NCBI GenBank assembly: GCA_964016885.1
Contig: OZ024741.1
Span: 230,144,001-230,208,000, forward strand
Direction: 5' to 3'
Length of the DNA stretch: 64,000 nt
Origin: Eledone cirrhosa
Lineage: Eukaryota
Shown: in pieces, positions 30,239 to 42,924 of the stretch
Position numbering within the stretch: the first letter of the stretch is position 1
Layout of the letters: each line of letters opens with the position of its first letter
Made by a program: the position numbers and the translations under genes
Notes under the pieces: model-generated
Seen by the model: only the letters and a program-made list of their open reading frames with translations
Database searches by the model: none
Told to the model about the DNA's origin: nothing

Positions 30239-31100
30239 ATACTTGGGGAGTATCATATTTGTGTAATATTGCCAGAATTAATAACAGAACACACTCACTG
30301 TTTGGTTGGTTTTCGCTTTTCGCTTCTGTGTCATTTATATCGGTACTATACGAACATGCCAGACAAAAACACGACGGTAACATAGACAACATAGAAATCA
30401 GAATAATATCTAAACATAGAAATGACCCAGCAGATAGGCAAATCAGAGAGGCCAGTGAAATAACATTTAGAAGGCCAAGGCTAAACAGAAAAAAATGAAT
30501 GGAATAACAACAACACCCAAACAAACAACACCGACCTAAGAGAAGTATAAATAAATAAATAAATAAATAGATAAATAAATACATACACAAGCACAATAAC
30601 AACAAACATATATAAACACACACTAGTAAAGATAGAATACATTAACCAATACACAGTCACCCAATCACGAACAGACATCAAACAAAACACTATACACACA
30701 CGCAAACGCATGCGCAAAGAAGACAAAAAAATAAACAAATAAATAAATATCTAAACAGATTAAATAAAGATGGCGTAGAAAATTCAATGCAACGGGAGGA
30801 AACAATAGCACCACTGACGAGTTTGCAGATGTGCAAAGAAAGAACTTTGATAGACTATATATATGTCTTTGTGTCTATATTGTATCTGTATTTTTGACCG
30901 TTGGTCAGTCAATGGCAACATTGAGGACCGAATAAATTAAATTAACCGATATAAAAGACACAGAAGCGAAAAGCGAAAACCAACCAAACAGTGAGTGTGT
31001 TCTGTTATTAATTCTGGCAATATTACATAAATATGACCCTCCCTAAGTATAACAATATTTGTTTCGACACACGATTTCATATCAAAAACCTCGCAAAACT
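30231..31100 (+). mobile_element. Non-coding PLE-like element with inverted 5' arm and hammerhead
   Basis: Arms 30231-30343 / 30945-31057; (TA)n flanks. Confidence 0.75.
30812..30849 (+). ncRNA. Type I minimal hammerhead ribozyme
   Basis: ca-CTGACGA-g-tttgca gatg tgcaaa-GAAA-gaac-TT^-tg. Confidence 0.7.
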
Positions 31101-31107
31101 ATATATA

Positions 31108-31956
31108 TAAATGGAAAAAATGAAACGAAATTTCATTTCTCACTCTTAGTACGACTGTTACTTAAATATAAGTATGTATACGTACATACATATATGTATA
31201 CAGACATACAGTAGTATGTATATATATACATACATGCACATATATATATGTACGTACGGATTTACCGAACATTTATTATAATGCTCGGTTTGTTTGTAAA
31301 CAAACAACTCGGATTAAGCCGTACAGTGTTTAGCAGCCATCGTTGCCCATTTGTTCAACACTGACAAAGGAACGATGTACTAGTTTCATGCTTATTAGCT
31401 ATCGTCAGCACTGTATACCTCCCTGCCAGATGATTGAACGTCTGAAAGTATATACTTTCCTTATGCATATTTACGGCTGAGCAGCCTAATTTGCATATCG
31501 AGTGAGTTATATACTTATATATAAGTAACAGCCGTACTAAGAGTGAGAAATGAAATTTCGTTTCATTTTTTCCATTTGTCGTTGTCGGTGCGCCCGGCCG
31601 ATTAACTCACTCGATATGCAAATCAGGATGCTCAGCCGTTAATATGCATAAGGAAAGTATATACTTTCAGACGTTCAATCATCTGGCAGGAAGGTATACG
31701 GTACTGACAAGAGCTAATAAGCTTGAAACTAGTACATCGTTCCTGTGTCAGTGTTGAACAAAAGGGCAACGATTGTTACTAAACACTGTACGGCTTAATC
31801 CGGGATGTTTGTTTACAAACAAAAACCGAGCATTATAATAAATGTTCAGTAAATCCGTACGTACATATATATATATGTGTGTGCATGTATGTATATATAT
31901 ACACACACTACTGTATGTCTGTATACTTATATGTATGTACGTATACATACTTATAT
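31108..31956. mobile_element. Family A element: inverted unit plus full direct unit
   Basis: Hammerhead on the - strand at 31372-31414 (CTGACGA) and on the + strand at 31698-31740 (CTGACAA, mutated); junction atacttatat at 31511 and 31947. Confidence 0.85.
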
Positions 31957-32005
31957 ATATATATATATATACACACATACAGTATATATATAATATATAC
32001 TTTAC

Positions 32006-33763
32006 CACAAGGTAAACTTTGATAATGACCCTAAAATTAGATTAATCTGCCCCTCTAAATCAGATATAGGTAAAATAAGCAAATATATCTTAGATAGAAT
32101 CATCCCCCAAATTAAGGCTAAGGTTAACATTAAACTCTGGGGGAAGACCCAAGAAGCAATAAGATGGTTTAATAGCATTAGCAATAAGAATAAATCTAAG
32201 TTTATCCAGTTTGATATCGATGAATATTACTCATCGATATCACCTGAAACTTTGAATAGAGCCATTAAGTTTGCTAAGGATAACTCTGACCTTACAAACG
32301 ATGAAATTAAGATTATATTAGAAGCTAGGAAAACTATAGTCAAATTTGAGAACAGTTATTGGGTACGTAAAGATAGACCCTCTAACTTTGACATAACAAT
32401 GGGCTCTAACGATTCGGCGGAAATAACTGATATTGTGGGGTTATTTATCGCCTTTAAACTCCAGGAAAAATTCAGCAATCTCCACGGCGGAATATACCGC
32501 GACGATGTTCTCCTCCTAGCTAAAAACCTTAATAACCAAAAACTAGAAAAACTACGCAAAGATATAAGAAAACTACTACTCGAAATAGGACTAACTATAA
32601 CGTATGAATACAACCTTAAAGTAGTTAACTTCCTGGATGTCACACTCAATTTAAACTCTGGTTTGATTAAACCGTTTCATAAATTGAATGAAAATCTCAA
32701 ATACGTAAATGTTGGGTCTAACCACCCCATCTCTATAATTAAATCTATCCCTAAAAATATTTCCCTTAGAATCTCGGGTCTATCTTCTAACATACAAGTA
32801 TTTAAGGAACACGCCGAGTACTACGATAACGCCCTTAGTAAAGCAGGCTACCTCAACAAAATAGAGTACATAGATGGGAACAATCAAAACACCCAAAATA
32901 AATCCCACATAGGTAGATATAATAACACAACACCAAACCACACTTACTACCATAGTATGCACACCAGTAAACCAACAAACAAAACTAATAGAAAGCGATG
33001 CAAAGAGTACTTATGGTATAACCCCGAATACAATAGTTCCATTAGTACAAATTTACCAGTACTCTTCTTTAAAATAATTAAAAGACATTTTCCCACATCA
33101 CACAAATACCACAAAATCCTAAACCCTACCACTATAAGACTGTCATACTCTACAGCGTTAAACCTCGAACAACACATAAAAAAGATCAATACTAGAAGGT
33201 TAAACGAAAACACTAAGAACTTAAGTACAAAGAACACAAAAAAAACAGTAGACAATACACTACAGAACATAAATAAACCACACCTAAGTTCGTCCGCAAT
33301 ACTACTCCAGAGAAAACCCAACGTACACAACTGTAACTGCACCTATCCTGACAACTGCCCCCTCGGCAATAACTACCTGGAAAAAAATATTATTTATAAG
33401 TGTACCATTAAATCCGGAGGCAACGAGTGGTATTACGTGGGATCAACGGCAACATCGTTTAAATCTCGATTGTATAGGCATTCTTACTCAATAAAACACC
33501 AGAGCCAAAGAAATGTAACAACTTTAGCAGAAAAAGCTTGGACGCTCAGGGATAGCGATCAAAAGTTTACCCTAAAATGGGAAAAATTAGCTAAAACCCA
33601 AAGCTTTTCCAGGAGCCAAAATTTCTGCAAATTGTGTAATCTTGAGATTTATTACATAATCACACACAAGAAGAAACTGTTGAATAACAGAATTGAACGA
33701 ACATTATTCTGCCGTCACAGAACTAAAACCCTTTTTTCCCACTACAAGCCGAATATTACATAA
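32006..33763 (+). CDS. PLE reverse transcriptase plus GIY-YIG endonuclease (uninterrupted frame, 5'-truncated)
   Basis: Frame open from ~32006; FIQFDIDEYYSSI, MGSNDSAEI, IYRDD, VNFLDVTL, CNC-x5-CP, IIYKC...YYVGST...RLYRH, CKLC...CRH; element extends to ~34860. Confidence 0.93.
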   Translation, partial: HKVNFDNDPKIRLICPSKSDIGKISKYILDRIIPQIKAKVNIKLWGKTQEAIRWFNSISNKNKSKFIQFDIDEYYSSISPETLNRAIKFAKDNSDLTNDEIKIILEARKTIVKFENSYWVRKDRPSNFDITMGSNDSAEITDIVGLFIAFKLQEKFSNLHGGIYRDDVLLLAKNLNNQKLEKLRKDIRKLLLEIGLTITYEYNLKVVNFLDVTLNLNSGLIKPFHKLNENLKYVNVGSNHPISIIKSIPKNISLRISGLSSNIQVFKEHAEYYDNALSKAGYLNKIEYIDGNNQNTQNKSHIGRYNNTTPNHTYYHSMHTSKPTNKTNRKRCKEYLWYNPEYNSSISTNLPVLFFKIIKRHFPTSHKYHKILNPTTIRLSYSTALNLEQHIKKINTRRLNENTKNLSTKNTKKTVDNTLQNINKPHLSSSAILLQRKPNVHNCNCTYPDNCPLGNNYLEKNIIYKCTIKSGGNEWYYVGSTATSFKSRLYRHSYSIKHQSQRNVTTLAEKAWTLRDSDQKFTLKWEKLAKTQSFSRSQNFCKLCNLEIYYIITHKKKLLNNRIERTLFCRHRTKTLFSHYKPNIT

Positions 33764-34030
33764 AAGAGGGACATCCCCCAACTATATAAACCTTAATCTA
33801 GTTAGAAAAATATAAAAACAATCTCTTCTCAACATATATTAATAACCTTAAATTACCACACTAATAATGGAAAGATATGCTGATGAGAATAGGTGCAAAT
33901 ATGCGATAATGAATGTGTCTAAAAACGTCCATAAGTATGTATATATATGTGAAAATGTATATAAATAAGTAAATATATATATATGTTTGATGTGTATAGT
34001 TAGATGTAAGTGTATTCATGTATTAAAGTG

Positions 34031-34139
<109 letters not shown>

Positions 34140-34704
34140 ATGTATGTATGTGTATATAGATGTGTATGTATGTGTATGTGTGTACACATGGACTAGAGTA
34201 TGTATGTATATATGTGTATGTCTATACGTGTGTATATAAAGATAAGTTGAGTATGAAAATGTATACACATGAGCGCGTATGTATGTACATGAATACATGT
34301 GTGTATATATATGTGTATGCATGTATATATATATATGTAAGTATGAATATGTGAATTGTGAGTATATGTATTTTGTAGAGGTGTGCAAATATATGTGTGT
34401 ATGAATGCGTGGGTGAAAGGATACGTACACTTGAAAGAAAAATTTAAGTCTGAATGTTAATTAAGTGCAAACACAAAACCAACCACGCATATCTTTACTA
34501 TCTCTAATCCTTCTATAGATTTAGAAAAATAACCAATAATATATTCTATAAAAAATGTCAAAACAACAGATGGGAATCTAATTACTCACTGCCACCAAGA
34601 ATTCTCACTGCTATCGAAAAACCACTCCTTCAACTATTCTTCTAACAACTTCACCCCTCCCTCCTAATATTCTCTATAAAAACTAAATAGGTCCTCAGTA
34701 ATAT

Positions 34705-34822
34705 TATTCTGATGAAATGACAGTAAATAATAACATTGAAATATTGAATGTCTGCATAACTAAAAGTTTGTAGATAGCAGCTGTTTTAGGTTATGTAACT
34801 GTTATAGAAACACGTGTCAATA
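34705..34822 (+). ncRNA. Type I hammerhead with long stem II
   Basis: tatt-CTGATGA-aatgacagt...actgttata-GAAA-CACGTG-TC^-aata, overlapping AATAAA. Confidence 0.85.
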
Positions 34823-34857
34823 AATTCCTTTCAACTAAACTGTATCCATTCAAATCT

Positions 34858-34893
<36 letters not shown>

Positions 34894-34897
<4 letters not shown>

Positions 34898-35111
34898 AAA
34901 TAGTAGAAAGTAAAAAGATTCTTTCAGTAGAAAATGTTGAAGAGATTTTTTTCAGTGTGATATGAAAACATTAATTCATTTACAATACCGGTATCATCAT
35001 TTAATGCTGAAACCGATATTGTAAATAAATTAATGTTTTGCTATCTCACTGAAAAAAATCTTTTCAACATCTTCTACTGAAAGAATCTTTTACCTTTCTA
35101 CTATTTGTTTT
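34894..35111. mobile_element. Fold-back element centred on a hammerhead stem II
   Basis: ~100-bp arms; centre catt-t-aatgct-GAAA-CCG(G/A)-TA^ then AATAAA. Confidence 0.7.
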
Positions 35112-36005
35112 TATATATATCAACTCATTTGTTACTTTTCTACATTCGATATATATATAATCGATATATATATATTTTCTACTTGATTTGTTTTGAATTA
35201 AGATTGTATTACTTTTTCCCTCATCTTACATTAAACATTTTTTCATCTTGATGGTATAGTCACTTATATGCCTGGATTATTGTTGGCATTTTGCTTACAT
35301 TAATTTTATTTTCATTTAGATATTTATACTCGGTATTTTCCTTGAGTGCTACTAATATTTGTGACTAATCCCAGTTTAAAAAAAAAAAAACTGCGATAAT
35401 ATTGCTTATGCTGAACTCTATATTTTTGTTGAGCTTTTGCGGAATGTTTTGACTGTTGTTTCTTGTAAACAGCTTTTTCGTCTTATCCCGCCATCACTAG
35501 CTTGTGTTCACGTGTTTTGTTATTTCATTTCTACATGCTGTTGCTTGCCTGCTTTTAACTACCAGTGGATTATTTTTTCCCCTCGGTATTTTAGCAGTGG
35601 TAATTTAGTTAATGTAAGGAGCACTACTGAAGATCGACTCCAACCGTGACTAACCCCGCTGAAAGGTTTCGTGAAATGGTCTTTTAAGACTATATAGTGC
35701 ATTTGTAGTTTTCCCCAAACTGACGGTTAAGTATTACTTCTTGATTTTATTTTGAATTAAGATTGCATTGCTTTTTCCCCAACTTACAGAAAGTTTGATG
35801 ACAAAGTTTTCTTGATTTGTTTTGAATTAAGATTTGTATTACTTTTTCCCTCATCTTACATTAAACATTTTTTCATCTTGATGGTATAGTCACTTATATG
35901 CCTGGATTATTGTTGGCATTTTGCTCACATTAATTTTATTTTCATATATATATATATATATAAGAAAGAAATAGGATTTCGCTTCAAGCATAGCTTTATA
36001 CAATA

Positions 36006-36240
36006 TGTATAAATATTTCGTATCTCCAAGGAAATACGGTTTTAGGAAGCCGTACCGCAAGCGGTGAGAGGGAACTTCCTGACGAAGGCCAGTTAAGCCT
36101 GAAAGGTATAGACGGTTGTCCCCCTTGCTTCTGCTGTTAGCCTCCCGGTGTTAGCCCCCTCTGGCGTTAGCCCCCCGGTGTTTGCATAGCTACGGATTCC
36201 TAAAACCGTATTTCCTTGGAGATACGAAATATTTATACAT
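36006..36240 (+). mobile_element. Short element with ~45-bp inverted arms and a hammerhead-like core
   Basis: CTGACGA-aggc cagttaa gcct-GAAA at 36079-36104; stems I and III weak. Confidence 0.55.
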
Positions 36241-36399
36241 ATATATATATATATATATATAGGCAGATGTTATATTTAATTTCTTGGGATTCAACAAGCT
36301 TAACAATTTTTATAACTGATATAAAGCACTCAACATGTTAGTGGAGTAAATATACAATATATTAATAAATGGAAACTATATTTATAAAACCATAATTAT

Positions 36400-36459
36400 T
36401 TTATTATATATATTTCAAGGGAAACCAAGGTAAATTATGGTACGCTTTCATCAGATAAA
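36400..36459 (-). ncRNA. Type I hammerhead ribozyme (same family as 39701)
   Basis: tttat-CTGATGA-aagcgtacca...tggtttccctt-GAAA-TATATA-TA^-ataaa. Confidence 0.75.
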
Positions 36460-37468
36460 ATACAGATTTGTTTTATAAATAAATATTGACATACCCGGAA
36501 AAAAGACAACCTCAACGGTTGAAATTATGGTTTTATAAATATAGTTTCCATTTATTAATACATTGTATATATATATATGTTTCTTTTATCATTCATTTTG
36601 TTTTGACCTGTTTAGCTTGATTTGCTTTTTGGCTTAGGTGATTAATGCTTTCTTGACCACTTTTTTCAGTTTGTATGGCGTTTTAACATATTGTTTAGCT
36701 ATGGTTTTTTAACTATGGAGCGCTTGCCAGCATAACTCTGATTTTGCGTTTCGTTTCGCTTTTTCTACCCGCCGAAATGCGATTCTCAGTGAATTTATAT
36801 TTGTATTAATCTCCCGAGTCTTACAATTAACCTGCTAATAATTCTGTTGAGAGATTAATTGCATAAGTTTATTTTAAAAAGTACTCGGTTGAGTGCTTAT
36901 TCGATTTGTGCTATTTATGCAATTTTTTGCATGATATACACATAACGAATTCATTTGCCAAAATCTGTGGTTTTTTCCCTTGCGAATTACACATATGCTT
37001 ATACGAAGCTCTATGTCATTCACAATCTTGGTATAGAGCAAAATACCTGTTGATAACGTGATATTCCTTGTTCAATCATTATACCCAAAGTTTATAGTTT
37101 TAAGCAGACAGTATTATTGATTTAGGTGTCAAAGAAAGCCTGCATTTGGATTTTACCATCAATTCCAATGGGTCCAGGTCTGTTTTTTATCATTTATTTA
37201 TTTATTTATTTATTTTGTTTTCACCTGTTTAGCTTGATTTGCTTTTTGGCTTAGGTGGTTAATGCTTTCTTGACCACTTTTTCAGTTTGTATGGCGTTTT
37301 AACATATTGTTTAGCTCTGGTTTTTAACTATGGAGCGCTTGCCACCATAACTCTGATTTTTGCGTTTCGTTTCGCTTTTTCTACCCGGCGAAATGCGATT
37401 CTCGCTGAATTTATATATATATACAGCTACGGCTCTTTATCTGAGAGTCAAGTATATCTATCTATCTA

Positions 37469-37760
37469 TCTATAATATTATAAAGCTGGGCGTCGTCTCT
37501 CCCGCCCTCTTTCACCCTCTCTATAATTTAACTGCTTTACTCTCTGTCTCTCTTCACTCTATATATGATAACACTCTTTTACTTTCCGGAGCGTCGTATA
37601 TATGTTTATTTCAAAAGGATAACTTCCTTCAAATTCGGTCAACACACAAGCAGGTAATACATACATCAAAAGGCAACCCTCTTAGAGAGACAGAAAGTGA
37701 AAGAGTCAGATTAGGAAAACTACACACATACACACATCTAAAGAGAGAGAGAGGAAAGAG

Positions 37761-37834
<74 letters not shown>

Positions 37835-38712
37835 GAGAGAGAGGGTGCCCCTATCATCCCGCTGCGCAATCTCAACCCACCAACGCTCTGCAATGGCACA
37901 CGACTTGCAGTCAAGCAGATGCTGCGTCATGTCATTGAAGCCACAATCATGACTGAAGTTGGTAGGGGAGAGGATGTGTTTATTCCACGCATCCCGTTGC
38001 TGCCAACAGTCTTGTCCTATCAGTTCAAGCGACTTCAGTTTCCAATCAGACTAAGCTTCGCGGTTACCATCAACAAAGCTCAGAGTCAAACGCTCAAAGG
38101 CGCTGGCTTTCACCTGGGAACACCATGTCTCCCATGATCAGTTGTATGTAGGATGCTCTAGGGTGAGCTCCCCAAACAATCTCTTCATTTTTGCTCCCGA
38201 GGGCCGATCAAAAAACATTGTGTACTCTGAGGCTCTAACAATGTAAGTTTTCTATTTTTGTAATGTGGTATTTTCATTAAAGCTGTACATGGATTGACAG
38301 ACCTTGCAGCGGATTCACCATTTTATTAACCCTATGGGTCGCCATTGCATGGGCCAAAATCACACCGGAAGTCATTCGTAATACCTGGATAGTTATCGGA
38401 TATCATGATGTGTCCGGATAAATTCAACAGTGAACGAACAACGGCCTTTTTAGGGCCACCTTCTTGCAATTGTTACTGCAATCTGTTCTTTAACGGATTT
38501 CTGCAGACTTGAAATATTTAACCAAGGCTACAGCCAGTACACAGTTGTGAGACCGAATTGTCGGTTTGTGTGTGCCTCTGCGCACGTACACCCACTGGGT
38601 AGTACATACACACGCTGCGTATACACGCACAGGCATGCTCCAAGCACACGTGATGGGAACAGTTGGCCGATTTATACGGTCGCTCCACTCTTTTGCCAGA
38701 CGGGCCAGCTAG
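37469..38712 (+). mobile_element. Internally deleted Helitron with PIF1-type helicase C-terminal fragment (~37843-38246)
   Basis: LRNLNPPTLCNGTRL...VFIPRIPL...FKRLQFPIRLSFAVTINKAQSQTL...QLYVGCSRV; TC start and CTAG end. Confidence 0.85.
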
Positions 38713-39196
38713 TATATATATATATATTATATATATATATATATAGGAACAAGTAAGACCCCGACGGCTGAACTCAAGCCGTTTCGACGGCTAATTCTGG
38801 ACTTACCATTTTTCCTTCGTTATATATATATATATATATATATGTGACTCTGAGATAAAGAGATGTAACTCCAGAGTAACACGACTCAATATTTAGATTT
38901 AATAAAATGAATATATGTATTCTTCTTTGTCTGCGTGTTGGACTACATTCCGTATTATTCTCTTCTGCTATACTATTTCTCTTCTTTCTATATTTATTTT
39001 CCTCTTAATGCTAAGTCTTTGCGTACTTTATATTTGCGTAATTTGCCTAAAGGCATAACTTTTCTCTATCTGGAATGAATGGTTTCACCATATATAAACC
39101 GAAACCGTGGTGGCTCCCAGAGGTTGACTGAGATTGCATTGTCCATCTTTGCGTTATTTTTTTCCATTGCCTTGATCTGTTTGTCCTCAATTTTGA

Positions 39197-39252
<56 letters not shown>

Positions 39253-39387
39253 ACACACACACATATATATGTATATATGTATATATATATATATAAGCAA
39301 AAGGGATATTTAATTTGTTGGTAATTCAACAAATATAAATGTTTATAACTGATTCAAAGCACTCGACAGTTTTCTGTATTACAATAT

Positions 39388-39801
39388 TCAATGATATTAA
39401 ATAAATGGAAACTATATTTATAAAACCATATTTATTCTATTATATATATTTAAAGGGTACCAAAACTTTGGAACGCGCCCATCAGATAAAATACAAAGTT
39501 TGTTTTATAAATATTGACATAACCAGGAAGAAGATCTTAACGGTTCAGATTTTTTCCTGAATAGTAAAGGAAAGAAAGGAAAGATAATAATTTGAAATAT
39601 TTGACTTTTCTTCTCTTTCCCTTCTTTCCTTTACTATCCAGGAAAAACTTGAACCGTTAAGATCTTCTTCCTGGTTATTTATAAAACAAACTTTGTATTT
39701 TATCTGATGAGAGCGTACCAATGTTTTGGTACCCTTGAAACATAAATAATAGAATATCATATGGTTTTATAAATATAGTTTCCATTTATTTAATATCATT
39801 G
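39388..39801. mobile_element. Fold-back element with hammerhead (39701-39751, + strand)
   Basis: ~190-bp imperfect arms; tat-CTGATGA-gagcgtaccaa tgtt ttggtaccctt-GAAA-cataaa-TA^-ata. Confidence 0.75.
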
Positions 39802-39843
<42 letters not shown>

Positions 39844-40470
39844 AAGCACTAGCATATCTGTATGATCAAGCACTTTCCCAAAATGGCTAATTGAACACAC
39901 TCGTGATTTACTAAAAAGAATTAATTTTTTCGTATCTTCCTCTTTTCACTGTCCTAAATTTCATTTTCTGTTTCTAATTGTATCTTCTGATTAAGGGATA
40001 ACGGCTTAAAAATGAAGACACATTTCCTCCTATATTAAGCGTTAAAATAATATATATCTTGTATATATTAATTTCTCTGTGTTGTTTTTCGCTTACCTTT
40101 AGCATATATTCATATATATATATATTTATAATAAATGTAATCTGAGATTTTCGAATATTAGTAATAACATTCCATTCGTTTGCAATTATGCAAACAACCC
40201 TTAATTTTATAGCCATGTCAGTAGAATGAACACTTCATTCTTGGTCTTTTTTATTTGAATTTGGCAAAGCCGTCCATTTATCGCTCTTATACAGGAAACT
40301 GACTGGCCAGTCTGCTGATATGCACATCTGGCTGATCAGTGGATCTGCTAATATGCAGATCTGACTGATCAGCCAGTCTGCTAACATGCAAATCAGGCGG
40401 ATCAGTCACTGTGTATTTTTGAAAATAGCATATATTTTCACTAGCTCTGACAGTTTGGGTGGTGACCAGT

Positions 40471-40520
40471 GAGCTGTACTGATGAAAGGTGATACCCAGA
40501 AACATTAGTGTCTGCAGTTC
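40471..40520 (+). ncRNA. Type I hammerhead ribozyme
   Basis: gagctgta-CTGATGA-aaggt gat accca-GAAA-CATTAGTG-TC^-tgcagttc; 8-bp stem I. Confidence 0.9.
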
Positions 40521-40639
40521 TGTTCGCATGGCAACACAAGAGCAAGAATGAAGTGTTCATTCTACTACATGGCTATAAATTGAGGCTTGTTTGCATTCAG
40601 CCATGCAGAGCGAAATTTTCTTTTGTATATATATATATA

Positions 40640-41100
40640 CTAACAGTGTATCCCGCTGCACGGGTAAGAGCATATACGAAAATATACCGACAGGAACCTT
40701 GTTTTATTTGGAGAAAATTAAGAAGTTGAAAGTACAGTTTAGCTGTCTACGCGCATTGTTCATAGAAATATTCTTTTCATACTCCTCTGTTTTGGCCAAT
40801 TGGAGTAAATGTGAAAGAGAATGTCACAGGTTATGTTGGCAGAAGGTTCCAGTGTCATAGAAGTAAGGCGTAGGCTACTTACCTCAAAAGTTCATTCGCA
40901 CTCTTTCTCTCTATCCCTCTCGGTGCAGTCCCTTGCGAATTTCTCGCGTAGGCCTGGTGTAGATTTGCACCCGATCCATCTACCCGATGCACATGTCCGT
41001 CCGCTTTGTACGGCATTTAGAGGAAGGAGTGACCAGCAACACGTTGTTCGGTATTATTACGAAAAGGGGTAGCAGAGAATCCCGCATGAACTAACAGCTC
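40640..41100 (-). mobile_element. Non-autonomous Helitron-like element (second copy ~43217-43930)
   Basis: Minus-strand 3' hairpin cccgtgc..cggg plus (C/T)TAG; ~300 bp shared between copies; far boundary uncertain. Confidence 0.6.
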
Positions 41101-41279
41101 GGGAGGAAACTGCTTACCTCGAAGATTCAATCGCCATCGTTCTTGTCAACGCTCCGTTTACTTGGTATTGGTTGGTTTACAGTTAGATGAATGGCGCACA
41201 AAGGTTTAATGTTTATTGGCAAGAAGTTTTTGAATAATAAAAGACGGGTTAAAGCGACCTACAATGTATTTGTGTAACT

Positions 41280-41723
41280 TATTTATTTATTTATTTTTGT
41301 TTTGTTTTTAGAGATATACAGAGAAATAGCGTATAATCAAAACAATAACATCAACAATAAAATCAAATCATAAACTGTTGTCATATTTATAAAAATGATA
41401 CGCGATGGAGCCCACCCACAGCCTCGGCGGACAGAATGGAGAAGGCGTTTCCCCGAAGGACGGCAAGCGAGACGCGCTGGAAAAGCCACTCCAACTCGCC
41501 GGGCTCACACCTGCGGCTGGCAGCCTCAGCGCCTATGGTGGCGAGTAAGGAGGTAGGCCTGGGGCCGAGGATACCAGAAGTCTCAACTGCCAGGAGTACG
41601 ACCGCAAACCTCTCGGGGAGCGACCGGTATTTGAGGAGTTTGGCCTCCTCAGCCCAACGTGCAGCAGAACCTGGGTCAGTCACAGACTGCACCAGGTTGC
41701 GGGTGCAGAAAGTGTCGGTGCTG
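41280..41723 (-). mobile_element. 3' fragment of CRE/NeSL-like non-LTR element (restriction-like endonuclease C-terminus)
   Basis: AARWAEEAKLLKY...AVETSG...LFQRVSLAVLRGNA; (TAAA)n tail. Confidence 0.8.
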
Positions 41724-41733
41724 TGTGTATGTA

Positions 41734-41776
<43 letters not shown>

Positions 41777-41850
41777 GTTATTCCGGGTTGAATCGGAGGT
41801 AACCACAGTAAGTAAGGTACTCAATACATAGCAGAGTATAACAGTTTTAA

Positions 41851-41971
41851 TATAGATGAAATTCTACAGGACTAGAACTGTTTCATTCATTAGAAATCAT
41901 CAGGAATCTGATTCAGAGATTCCTGATGATTTCTAATGAATGAAACAGTTCTAGTCCTGTAGAATCTCATC

Positions 41972-41975
<4 letters not shown>
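41851..41975. mobile_element. Short fold-back with a hammerhead core on both strands
   Basis: gagattc-CTGATGA-tttc taat gaat-GAAA-cagttcta-GTC; mirror copy at 41851-41908. Confidence 0.65.
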
Positions 41976-42011
<36 letters not shown>

Positions 42012-42050
42012 CGTGTATGTGTGTGTATGTATGTATATATATATATGTAT

Positions 42051-42657
42051 GTCAGGTCACCAGTTGGTGCTACTGGTAACATGTATCCCAGTACAACTTG
42101 TTCCAAGATCGGGTCGTTAGCGACTAAACTGGCAACCCTACCAAGGTTTCTTGTGAGGAGGGTGACTTTGGACATCTTGCAGGACTAAAAACAAAACCTG
42201 TCAAAGGGCAAAGGAGCTCTTAAGAGTCAATGGCCATCCAAAATTACCGGGAGAGATGACCCCTTAGCCTTTGTCAAGGCAGAATTCTAGGAGAAGGAAA
42301 ACTCTGATATAACACCTGCAACCCTGATGGTATCCAATGATGTTGACTTGTTCTTCTTTTTGGTAAATATCATCTTGGTTAAGAGAGTGGGACTGGCTTT
42401 GTGCAGTGCCTTTGCTCACTATAAAAGCTTCACGGCACAGGCACTGCTTTATATCTGGAGATCTCTCTGCACTTGTCGTCACATGGTACCATGGGCCCAG
42501 CACTATGTGTCAATAATTGTCGCAAGTGTAGTGTTTGTACCAGAGGTTTCAAGTCGCTGGCTGGACTAAAAAGTCACACTCGTTCAGCGCATCGGTAGGG
42601 GTTATATCATGGATATAAAGTAGTGGCCGTACTCGAAAACGACTTGGCAGCCACCAT
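42051..42657 (+). mobile_element. Family D ~605-bp non-coding interspersed repeat (RTE-5'UTR-like); inverted copy at 62323-62933
   Basis: Two highly similar copies in (TATG)n/(TA)n context; ggagaaggaaaactctgat motif. Confidence 0.7.
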
Positions 42658-42872
42658 ATATATATATATATATGGGATTATGCTAATGTATATCCTAATG
42701 TTTGTTGAGTGAGATGGTAGCCAGTCAGTGTATAGCTTAAGGCTTTCTCTGTAAATGTATAGTATATATATATATATATGTGTGTGTGTGTGCGTGTGTA
42801 TACATATATTTTTATGTGTATATATATATGTATATGTGTGTATATTTATATATGTATATATAAGTATTTATG

Positions 42873-42924
<52 letters not shown>

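Noticed and set aside
35627-35670. CTGAAGA here and CTGATGA at 56132
   Set aside because: No properly placed GAAA or helices; expected by chance
35180-37415. Local duplications (35180-35336 / 35810-35945; 36585-36800 / 37185-37415)
   Set aside because: Real, but no coding or structural signal; ordinary local duplications
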